Part shown: in pieces, positions 34,345 to 42,475 of the stretch
Numbering within the stretch: the stretch's first letter is position 1
How the letters are laid out: each line of letters begins with the position of its first letter
Source of the DNA: an uncultured Dehalococcoidia bacterium
GTDB lineage: Bacteria; Chloroflexota; Dehalococcoidia; Tepidiformales; Tepidiformaceae
NCBI GenBank assembly: GCA_963933025.1
Contig: CAWVTC010000001.1
Span: 1 to 48,783, forward strand
Direction: 5' to 3'
DNA length: 48,783 nucleotides
The notes under the pieces: model-generated
What the model was told of the DNA's origin: nothing
What the model saw: only the letters and a program-made list of their open reading frames with translations
The model's database searches: none
Position numbers and translations under genes: made by a program

Positions 34345-35115
34345 ATGATAGCCCTTTACCGGTTCTGGCCGGAAATACGTGAAGATATACAAGATTCTCT
34401 ACGTGTTTTGCCTACAGCAATGCCTGATAGTGCCGCCAGCCTTGCACTAGAAATTCAAGCGTTCACTGTAACCCTAGGATCATATGACCTAGCAATTACA
34501 ATCCCTGAATTTAATACTATTGAAGAAACAGCTTCTGCAGCCCTAGCAATAATTGATGCGACTATTCAAAACCGCTTATACCAAAACGGGGAAAAGTTCT
34601 GGGCGGATATTCGATCCGAAATGATACCAAACCTGTCAATACAAACTCCTAAAAAACCCGATCCTTTTGAAAGCATTCCAGCTTCTGTACCAATTTTAAT
34701 CTTACGTGCTAAAGGTGGCTGGAATGTACTTGCTGCACCAGACCGCCAGGCGTGGCAAACGCTGGCAATGACATTTTTAAACCAGCAAACATACAATCTT
34801 TTTCATTACATACAGGACTGGTATGAACCTGCCATAAATGAACTTGCAACTCTCGTATTAGGCACACACCAATCGGAAGATGTGGCAGGAACCTGCCAAA
34901 CTTACAATTTGCCTGGCGATTTTTTGACAACATGGCAAGACGAGATACAAATACATAAAAAAATTTTGGGAAACCAAAAAAAATCCTCAAGTGAATCTTT
35001 AGCAAATATCTTGCAATATGCGGCCTTATTACCAAATCACAATCAACCGGACAACGAGACTCAAGATGGGTTACATCAATTGGCACAGCTTGGAAATAAT
35101 CTATTCAGGAAATGA
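34345..35115 (+). CDS. hypothetical protein, no recognisable domain
   Basis: 256 aa ORF that starts 4 nt after the Rieske gene stop. I recognise no motif. Confidence 0.5.
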   Translation: MIALYRFWPEIREDIQDSLRVLPTAMPDSAASLALEIQAFTVTLGSYDLAITIPEFNTIEETASAALAIIDATIQNRLYQNGEKFWADIRSEMIPNLSIQTPKKPDPFESIPASVPILILRAKGGWNVLAAPDRQAWQTLAMTFLNQQTYNLFHYIQDWYEPAINELATLVLGTHQSEDVAGTCQTYNLPGDFLTTWQDEIQIHKKILGNQKKSSSESLANILQYAALLPNHNQPDNETQDGLHQLAQLGNNLFRK

Positions 35116-35121
35116 TCTCAA

Positions 35122-36162
35122 TTACTGCAAAGGCTCAATAACAAGAACCCCATGACCGACCATCTCACCATTTTCCAAGATCGTAATCGCCTCATTCGTC
35201 TCTTCAATAGTAAAGCGCCTACTTGTCATTAAACTTGTTTGCAAATAATTAGAATTGACGGCTTCAAGCAAGCTTTCTAAGCCTGAATCTAAATCCGGAA
35301 TCGAAAATGAACGATAATCACCCTCTTCAATTTCTAATCTCTCATCCTCAAATTGTTCGGTTCCTGCAACGCCAAGTAAATAACCAAAACCACTGTCATT
35401 CAAAACTTGTATCGATAATCGCGGAATCATATCCACTTCATAAAGTGAATCGAAAACCCGATCAACTCCGCCATTACTCAGCTCACGTATAGCTGAAACA
35501 GCAGTCGCCGGCTCATTATTAAAAACCTCTGTAGCCCCAAGTTGACTTGCAATCTCAAGGCGTGCACTAGAGCTATCAACAGCATATATAGCTTCAGCAC
35601 CTGCAGCCTTGCAAAGAGCTACCGTACTTAATCCAGAACCCGAACAGCCAAAAACTGCAACGCTCTTCCCATCAACATCTGCATCCTTCACAGCAGCATT
35701 TGCGTAAAACGCAGTCTGACCCAAAATTGAAGCCCCTTCTTTATCTGCAAGATTAGGCAAGGTACTTAAAAACTGCTCATCCACTACAGTATTCGTCCCC
35801 CAGGTAAAAACAGGACCTATTTCATGAGTAGATCCATCTTCAAATTCAATCTGCACCAATTCTGGCAATCGATCCGACGCAGAAGAATAAGGGGAAATTA
35901 AAACAATATCCCCGATATGTACACGCGTCACCTCATCACCTACGGCTAATACGCGTCCGGTAGCTTCAAAACCTGGAATAGTCACTGAATCACTGGGTGG
36001 CTCTTGTACTAAATGAAGTTGAGCTGATTGAATCCCAGCACCATATATTTCAACGAGCACCTGATGAGCCAAAGGGGTCGGTAGATCTAGCTCCTGGATA
36101 GTGAGCACCCCATAATTTTCAAGAACTACCACACGAGCAGGAGAAGGCAAACTACACCTCAC
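35122..36162 (-). CDS. medium-chain dehydrogenase/reductase (zinc-independent, quinone-oxidoreductase-like)
   Basis: It has IPGFEATGRVLAVGDEVTRVHIGDIVL, with GFE instead of GHE. The nucleotide-binding motif is VAVFGCSGSGLS. Confidence 0.7.
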   Translation of the reverse strand: MRCSLPSPARVVVLENYGVLTIQELDLPTPLAHQVLVEIYGAGIQSAQLHLVQEPPSDSVTIPGFEATGRVLAVGDEVTRVHIGDIVLISPYSSASDRLPELVQIEFEDGSTHEIGPVFTWGTNTVVDEQFLSTLPNLADKEGASILGQTAFYANAAVKDADVDGKSVAVFGCSGSGLSTVALCKAAGAEAIYAVDSSSARLEIASQLGATEVFNNEPATAVSAIRELSNGGVDRVFDSLYEVDMIPRLSIQVLNDSGFGYLLGVAGTEQFEDERLEIEEGDYRSFSIPDLDSGLESLLEAVNSNYLQTSLMTSRRFTIEETNEAITILENGEMVGHGVLVIEPLQ

Positions 36163-36200
36163 ACTTAAGCAAAAATAAACGACTTAAAATATTTACCGTT

Positions 36201-37553
36201 TCATGAGCTAGATCTGTCTATATAAGGTCCAAGCAACTGAGGTACGCGCAAATCTTCTCGGATTTTTTCGGGGCCAATCATACGATCAACTTGCTCCGCA
36301 CAGTTCCAAATTCGACGCTCTTGGTAACTAGTTGGCATGCCTACAAGTCCTGGTGAATCAAGAGATTTTTGCATGGGCGCCATATTCCTCGTATCTTCCT
36401 CCATCACACTGTCAAAACCATTCAAACGCATTTGCCAGGCTTCATCGGTAACTGGTGAAGGACCATCACCCCAATCTGTACAGAAAGTCACCCACTCAAA
36501 CAAAGTGGTTCGGACATCAAGTGGCCAAGCAAGCAAAAATGGCATACCAGTCGCCCCTACAGGTGTGATTAAGTTGGGAAATGCACTAAATGCAGTGCTC
36601 GTACAACGTGTCATACCGTTGACAGTTTCAATGTCTTCCATGCCCGCATTATATTTTTCTGTATTCGATAAAGCGCGCGTAACATCTTTCCGCCAATCAA
36701 GTTGATCCTTCATCCCGGACATCTCGGCTGCCCGTTTAGAGAGAGGTGTAATCATACGAGAATGTCCATTTGGAAGGATACCCATAGTAGCACCACGCTG
36801 ATCAAGCCCCGAAACACCGGCTTTTTGATGTATATGCTTAAAGTGATATACCTCTTGGAAAGCTTCTACGGTCACCTTCCAATTACACGGAATAATGGTC
36901 CTTCGCCTGTTGATTAATCTTAATTTCTCACCCTGAAACATTTCCATCTGCTCCGTTAACGGATGCATCCATTCGAGCAAAGGTTCTGCGTTCAAATCTT
37001 GATTTACAAAAACCCATCCATCCCAAATCTCACATCGCAATTCCCGTAGAGAGTCCACATCTGTTATTGGTGATACCGGCTGTCCCTTCAGATCATACAC
37101 TTGCCCAGTATCTGGATCCGTCAACACGCCATCGTTTAAAAATCTTCTCGGAAACTCATTTTGAGTTTGAAAACTCTGTTTAGTTTCATATCCTTCTTCA
37201 AAAATTCTTTCGCCGTATAGGTCACTATCATCATGTGGTTCAACATAATACTTCCCACTTGGAGTGGTGTTATAAAAAGCGTGAAGCAAACCTTCTTCAT
37301 CTCGAACGACAATTACAGGCGTGTGCAAATAATCCCAAAGCTGGTATGAACCGGGCTCTGGAAGCTCTTCTTGACGGGTCGCATAAAGCCAAACCTTAGT
37401 CCAGAGATGCTTCATCTCGAGATCGAAAAATTCTTCCTCTCGATAGCGACCTGCCGGAATATCAGGAAACTTTGGAAATCCTTCAGGAGGTCCTTCACGC
37501 GAAAACTCGTAAAGGATTTCTTCCTTAAGTCTTTCAACAAGTGTCTCTTTCAT
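36201..37553 (-). CDS. ring-hydroxylating-oxygenase alpha-subunit paralog with catalytic iron motif but no Rieske ligands
   Basis: It has NWKVTVEAFQEVYHFKHIH (H-x4-H), AFPNL and SVMEEDTRNM. The N-terminal Rieske-fold region reads LHAFYNTTPSGKYY and RFLNDGVLTDPDTG where C-x-H and C-x-x-H are expected. Confidence 0.7.
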   Translation of the reverse strand: MKETLVERLKEEILYEFSREGPPEGFPKFPDIPAGRYREEEFFDLEMKHLWTKVWLYATRQEELPEPGSYQLWDYLHTPVIVVRDEEGLLHAFYNTTPSGKYYVEPHDDSDLYGERIFEEGYETKQSFQTQNEFPRRFLNDGVLTDPDTGQVYDLKGQPVSPITDVDSLRELRCEIWDGWVFVNQDLNAEPLLEWMHPLTEQMEMFQGEKLRLINRRRTIIPCNWKVTVEAFQEVYHFKHIHQKAGVSGLDQRGATMGILPNGHSRMITPLSKRAAEMSGMKDQLDWRKDVTRALSNTEKYNAGMEDIETVNGMTRCTSTAFSAFPNLITPVGATGMPFLLAWPLDVRTTLFEWVTFCTDWGDGPSPVTDEAWQMRLNGFDSVMEEDTRNMAPMQKSLDSPGLVGMPTSYQERRIWNCAEQVDRMIGPEKIREDLRVPQLLGPYIDRSSS

Positions 37554-37603
37554 ACTGACCTCCGCACAAATATTGTAGCGTTTGCTACAAAAATCTAAAA
37601 GTA

Positions 37604-38683
37604 CTATAACAAGTGCAAATTCTTTTTATTCTCAATCCATTGATCAACTTGTTCCCACTGATCATACAGCCACTCAATACGATCTTCATCAGTTTCAGGG
37701 ATTTCTGCACGTGGTACACGCCATAGTCCAATATGCAATTCTTTTCTCATCAATCCACCTCGAGCAGCTTGTGAATACGTCCCAAGTTCAAGTCCTGTAT
37801 GTGCAAGAAAAACGACATCTGATTCAGGTGAATTTTCAAGGAGAGCCAATGGGCCACCGGTACGAGGCAACAATACATTTCTAAATGATTCAGCTTTTTC
37901 TGCGAGAGCTCTATTATTATTTTTTACCAATCGAGTAATCATCTGGCTGCGTTTTCTTTCACTAAAAAGGGTACCTTCTGGAAATAACAAAACTACATCG
38001 TTGTCTCCAAGGTTTTTCCCAAGTGCTGCAACATCCTTCAAGTGACGAGGTCGTCTATGCTCACCAACACGAATAAAAGCAGTCGGAATACGATGTGAAA
38101 CTAAATCGATACTCGGATCTCGCAACAACCAATGGTTAAGAGCAGTTCTTATATGTAGACGATGCGGATTCGAAACAAAAACTGAGGGAATAAGGTTATC
38201 TACTGGTGAAACATGACGACTAAACAAGAGAATAGGACCACTCTCAGGAGGAGGGGTGCCTTCGACAAAAATACGTATACCAAAAATCTTCACTGCTCCC
38301 CAAAAAAGACAACCAGCCCAAAATCGAATAAGTGCATTATTTAAAGACAGCGAAGTTTTACTTCCACCAATACAAAACATCCTATCAATTAAGCAACCCA
38401 CAATAGTCAGGGTCTCAATCATTAAGTAAAACCAAGTAAGCAAAATCACTCTTGTCAAAGGCAAGTTTTTCCGCTTGCGTTGAACATCCCAAATAGTAGT
38501 AGCTAGAAAAAGCACAGGGGCACTTATAGTCATAAACACAAACCCCAGCGTGAAGGATGGAATAGTTATCAGCCTTCTCAACATCCAAAAGTTAAATGGA
38601 CTATGTGAATCCAATTTCACCGGGAGAACAGGGGTTTGGGTAACAGAGTTTTCTTTAGGTAAAGAAACATCGTTACGTGCCAT
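37604..38683 (-). CDS. membrane-bound lysophospholipid acyltransferase (PlsC/LPLAT family)
   Basis: It has N-terminal TM segments, the H-x4-D motif SRHVSPVD, and LLFPEGTL. Confidence 0.7.
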   Translation of the reverse strand: MARNDVSLPKENSVTQTPVLPVKLDSHSPFNFWMLRRLITIPSFTLGFVFMTISAPVLFLATTIWDVQRKRKNLPLTRVILLTWFYLMIETLTIVGCLIDRMFCIGGSKTSLSLNNALIRFWAGCLFWGAVKIFGIRIFVEGTPPPESGPILLFSRHVSPVDNLIPSVFVSNPHRLHIRTALNHWLLRDPSIDLVSHRIPTAFIRVGEHRRPRHLKDVAALGKNLGDNDVVLLFPEGTLFSERKRSQMITRLVKNNNRALAEKAESFRNVLLPRTGGPLALLENSPESDVVFLAHTGLELGTYSQAARGGLMRKELHIGLWRVPRAEIPETDEDRIEWLYDQWEQVDQWIENKKNLHLL

Positions 38684-38733
38684 ATCACTAGAGTAACCTG
38701 AGATGGGCTAGAAGATAGCACGAAAAGATCTCA

Positions 38734-38776
38734 ACAAAAAATTTATGGGAACAAAAAATTTATGGGAACAAAAATT
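38734..38776. repeat. 17-bp tandem repeat ACAAAAAATTTATGGGA x2.5 spanning a stop codon
   Basis: Copies are at 38734-38750 and 38751-38767, with a partial copy at 38768-38776. The stop of 38760-39257 lies inside copy 2. Confidence 0.9.
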
Positions 38777-39257
38777 GCGCATCTTCATCGCCAAGGATCA
38801 AAACTACACCGTAGATCGTTAGATCAAAGCGAGGAAATCGTAGCAAAAGGGTACGGGATTGTCCTGCTAAAAAAGTTAGGTTTGTTAGAGGAACATTGGG
38901 GTCTGCAGGAAGTGCCACGACTACCTCATCATCATCAGGAAACTTGATAGTAAAGTCAGTGTGAGCAGGTTTCCAATCAGAAAATGCATCAATAGTCAGT
39001 TCCACTTCAAAAATTTCAGCATTTTCAGCCTCATAAGCTTTCTGAAGGGTAATTTCAGCATTTTCAGCCTCATAAGGTTGTCCAGGTTGAATAGGATTAT
39101 CAGCAAAGTAACGATTTATCAAAGGTGGCACTACGAAAAGTCCAACAATAAGACCTGCCAGAACCCCTAAAATAGCACCTGTAACCAGACAACCACGTCG
39201 GTTCCCTGGAGATGCATCTTGATCGATAGAAAGACGTTTCCGATTTGGTTTAAGCAC
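38760..39257 (-). CDS. membrane-anchored protein of unknown function with internal 13-aa duplication
   Basis: It has an N-terminal TM segment (GCLVTGAILGVLAGLIVGLFVV) and the duplicated segment YEAENAEI. Confidence 0.5.
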   Translation of the reverse strand: MLKPNRKRLSIDQDASPGNRRGCLVTGAILGVLAGLIVGLFVVPPLINRYFADNPIQPGQPYEAENAEITLQKAYEAENAEIFEVELTIDAFSDWKPAHTDFTIKFPDDDEVVVALPADPNVPLTNLTFLAGQSRTLLLRFPRFDLTIYGVVLILGDEDAQFLFP

Positions 39258-39383
39258 TTAAGATCACATTTATCGCTTTTTGAATTGGAATGTATTCTCT
39301 AGATTAATAAACGTAGAGAATAGGTAACATCTGAGACATGAGAAAAGGATACCGCTAATCTCCTTCTTTGAGGAACAGATTTT

Positions 39384-40649
39384 ATGAAATATACAGAAGC
39401 CATCGCCTATTTAGAATCTTTTCAGGACATGGAAAGGGATCCTGGAAGATCAGCAAAGCCTGCAATGAATGTCCCAACGATGAAAAATTTGCTTAACCGC
39501 CTAGGAAATCCAGAATTAGGACAACAAACAATTCATATAACAGGTACCAATGGGAAAGGCAGCGTTGCTAATATGCTAGAAAGCATCCTGCGAACTAGTG
39601 GTTCCTCTACGGCCTTATTTACGAGCCCCCATCTCAATGGCTACACAGAACGCATTCAAATAAATGGTTTCCCGATCTCGCAAGCCTCCTTTGCAGAGGC
39701 TATGACAGAACTAAAACCTTGCATCGAAAAAGAACAGACTTCAAACAAATCTATATTTAGTACTTTTGGCATTTTGACTGCCTTGTTCTTTCTACTTAGC
39801 CACAAAAAAAAGATCGACTGGCAAATAGTAGAAGTTGGTCTTGGTGGCAAGTTTGATGCTACAAATATTTTCGAGCAAACCGAAATATCCGTGATTACAG
39901 CAATCGACTTCGACCATATGCATATTTTAGGCAGCACTATCGAAGATATCGCAAAGGATAAGGCTGGCATTATTAAACCTGGAAGTGTATGTGTTTTAGG
40001 TCCACAACAACACTCAATCGTCGAAAAAATCGTTGCTGGTGCATGTAAGGAAATTGGTGCTCAGCTAATCAAAGTACCATTACCTAAAGAAAATGTAGCT
40101 AAATGGAAAACCCAATTGCTCGGAATTCACCAACAGGCTAACGCAAAAATTGCAGCAACTGTAGCAACATCAATTAATGCTAATACCCAACAGTTGGATA
40201 AAAAAATAATTGAGGAAGGTATTTCCAAAACACGCCTACAGGGAAGAATAGAGGTGATTTCCTCACAACCAACTACAATTATAGATACCGCGCATAATCC
40301 TGCTGCAGCCCGTGCTTTGGTCAATACACTTCAAAGTGAATTTGGAAACAGAAAATGGCAATTTGTTCTAGGAATTATGGCTGACAAGGATGTTAAAGGC
40401 GTAGGGAAAGCTATCGAAAATATTGCAGAAACTATTATTTGCTGCTCTCTACCAAGTAAGCGAGCATTGACTGCACAGGCTTTGAGTTTGGAGTTAGCAA
40501 AACTTAACGTAAAACTTATTTTTGCAAAAAATGTTCCAGAAGGATTGCAGCAAGCACGTAAGCTTGCCGGAAAAACAGGTCATATCTGTATTACTGGATC
40601 CTTCATAACTGCCTCAGAGGGCGAAGCAGCTGTACGCAATAACCCATAA
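39384..40649 (+). CDS. folC: bifunctional folylpolyglutamate synthase / dihydrofolate synthase
   Basis: It has the IHITGTNGKGSV P-loop, SPHL and AHNPAAA. Confidence 0.85.
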   Translation: MKYTEAIAYLESFQDMERDPGRSAKPAMNVPTMKNLLNRLGNPELGQQTIHITGTNGKGSVANMLESILRTSGSSTALFTSPHLNGYTERIQINGFPISQASFAEAMTELKPCIEKEQTSNKSIFSTFGILTALFFLLSHKKKIDWQIVEVGLGGKFDATNIFEQTEISVITAIDFDHMHILGSTIEDIAKDKAGIIKPGSVCVLGPQQHSIVEKIVAGACKEIGAQLIKVPLPKENVAKWKTQLLGIHQQANAKIAATVATSINANTQQLDKKIIEEGISKTRLQGRIEVISSQPTTIIDTAHNPAAARALVNTLQSEFGNRKWQFVLGIMADKDVKGVGKAIENIAETIICCSLPSKRALTAQALSLELAKLNVKLIFAKNVPEGLQQARKLAGKTGHICITGSFITASEGEAAVRNNP

Positions 40650-40659
40650 ACTAACAACA

Positions 40660-41481
40660 ATGACATTTGCAAAAGAACTCAAGGGAGGCCTCTTCCCGAT
40701 CACTTTAGAAATCACTCCACCTAAGACTTCGAAGATGCCTGTACTGCTACGTCGCGCATCACTACTCGGCGATACTGCATCGGGAATAAACATCATTAAT
40801 CGAAATGGTCGACAACCCAGCCTTGCTGCAGCTATAGAACTCCAAAAGAAACATCTTGAACCAATTTGGCATTTAACTGTCGGAGGTAAAACTCAAGAAG
40901 CTATACGATCAGAAATTAAGGATGCCAAAACTGCAGGATTACAAAATGTTCTATGTTTGCTGGGCGATAGTAACTCTAAGGGCGAACTCAAGGTTCATGA
41001 AGTAATAAAACTACTAAAACAACAACTTGCACCGTCTCTAATTGCAGTTGCATATGATCAATATCACGACACAAAAAATAAATACGCTAATTTAAAGAAG
41101 AAAATCGCGCAAGGTGCTACATGTATATGGACACAACCTGTTCTAGAGAGTAAAAGGCTGCAAGTAGAAGTTGAAAAACTAAAAGAGGCTCACCCCGAAG
41201 CATCCATTGTGGCCATGGCAATGCCGCTTATTCAGGAGGCTCAATTGAAACAAATCACTGCACGCTTACAGATACCTGAACAACCAGCCCTCGAAAAACA
41301 AATACGCGCAGGGGAAGACGAAGCATGGGATGCTTTTAATGAAACTGTGCTACATCTTGTAATGAATCCATATATTGATGGATTGGCTATCATGACTTTT
41401 GAAACAGACCCACATCCCAACATAGGTAAACGCATTAAAAATAGTCTGAAGACGGCGAAGGCCTCTTTACCCAGGAGTTGA
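40660..41481 (+). CDS. methylenetetrahydrofolate reductase-family protein
   Basis: The MTHFR-like pattern is ITLEITPPKT...NIINRNG...HLTVGGKT...NVLCLLGD. It lies 10 nt after folC. Confidence 0.55.
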   Translation: MTFAKELKGGLFPITLEITPPKTSKMPVLLRRASLLGDTASGINIINRNGRQPSLAAAIELQKKHLEPIWHLTVGGKTQEAIRSEIKDAKTAGLQNVLCLLGDSNSKGELKVHEVIKLLKQQLAPSLIAVAYDQYHDTKNKYANLKKKIAQGATCIWTQPVLESKRLQVEVEKLKEAHPEASIVAMAMPLIQEAQLKQITARLQIPEQPALEKQIRAGEDEAWDAFNETVLHLVMNPYIDGLAIMTFETDPHPNIGKRIKNSLKTAKASLPRS

Positions 41482-41482
41482 A

Positions 41483-42445
41483 ATGCAGCAACGAGAATTT
41501 GGAAAACTTGGATTTATTAGTGCACTTACGCTTGGCGGAGGAGGGATCGGACAAGTATGGGGAGAGACTAACCGAGCCGAATCAATACGTACAGTTCATA
41601 AGGCAGTTGATAATGGAATTAATTTCCTTGATGTAGCACCTAGTTATGGCCAAGGAGAAGCTGAGCGTGTGATCGGTGACGCATTCGGAGGGGTTCTCCC
41701 TGAAGGCGTACGTATCTCTACAAAGCACCACCTTGGAGAAGTACCGCCTGGAGAAGTTGCTCTTCACCTTCAAACTTCCCTTGAGGAAAGTTTGGAACGT
41801 TTACAGTTGGAGAAAGTTAATCTTTTTTTTCTGCATGGCATGGTAATCCCAGATAACTACAAAGGCGTACAGAGGGGTACGCCACGCTCTCAATTCATAC
41901 AAGAAGTAAGGCCTGCTTTTGAGAAATTAGTACGTACTGGAAGAATTGATGGGTGGGGAATCAGCGGTATCGGCGTACCAAGTGCATTAGTAGAAACTCT
42001 TGAAGAAAACCCTAGCCCGAACGCCATACAATGCATTACAAACTTGCTAGATTCTGCTGGATCGATGCACACATACAACGAAAGTATGGAGCCACGAAAA
42101 CTTATTGGACTTGCTAACAAAGTAGGAACTGGAGTGATGGGTATTCGTGCAGTTCAAGCGGGTGCATTAACCGATGAACTAGACCGTGAGGTACCTCATG
42201 ATCATCCAGAGATGATTGATTACAAACGTGCCTCCGGATTCCGTCACCTAGCAGCAGAATTCGGAGTATCTGCTGCATCACTCGCACATCGTTATGCTTT
42301 AAGTATGGATGGCGTATCAACGGTTGTGTTAGGAGTAAAAAATTGTGAGGAATTAGAAGAATGCTTACAGGCAGAAAAATCAGGACCGTTGACCAAGGAT
42401 GAAATTACACTGATAGATCAATGCGTCGGAAGTAAACATTCCTGA
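41483..42445 (+). CDS. aldo/keto reductase
   Basis: It has LGGGGIGQVWG, GINFLDVAPSYGQGEAERVIG and LFFLHG. Confidence 0.85.
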   Translation: MQQREFGKLGFISALTLGGGGIGQVWGETNRAESIRTVHKAVDNGINFLDVAPSYGQGEAERVIGDAFGGVLPEGVRISTKHHLGEVPPGEVALHLQTSLEESLERLQLEKVNLFFLHGMVIPDNYKGVQRGTPRSQFIQEVRPAFEKLVRTGRIDGWGISGIGVPSALVETLEENPSPNAIQCITNLLDSAGSMHTYNESMEPRKLIGLANKVGTGVMGIRAVQAGALTDELDREVPHDHPEMIDYKRASGFRHLAAEFGVSAASLAHRYALSMDGVSTVVLGVKNCEELEECLQAEKSGPLTKDEITLIDQCVGSKHS

Positions 42446-42475
42446 TAGCACCGAACTTGAAAAAATGAGGAAAGT

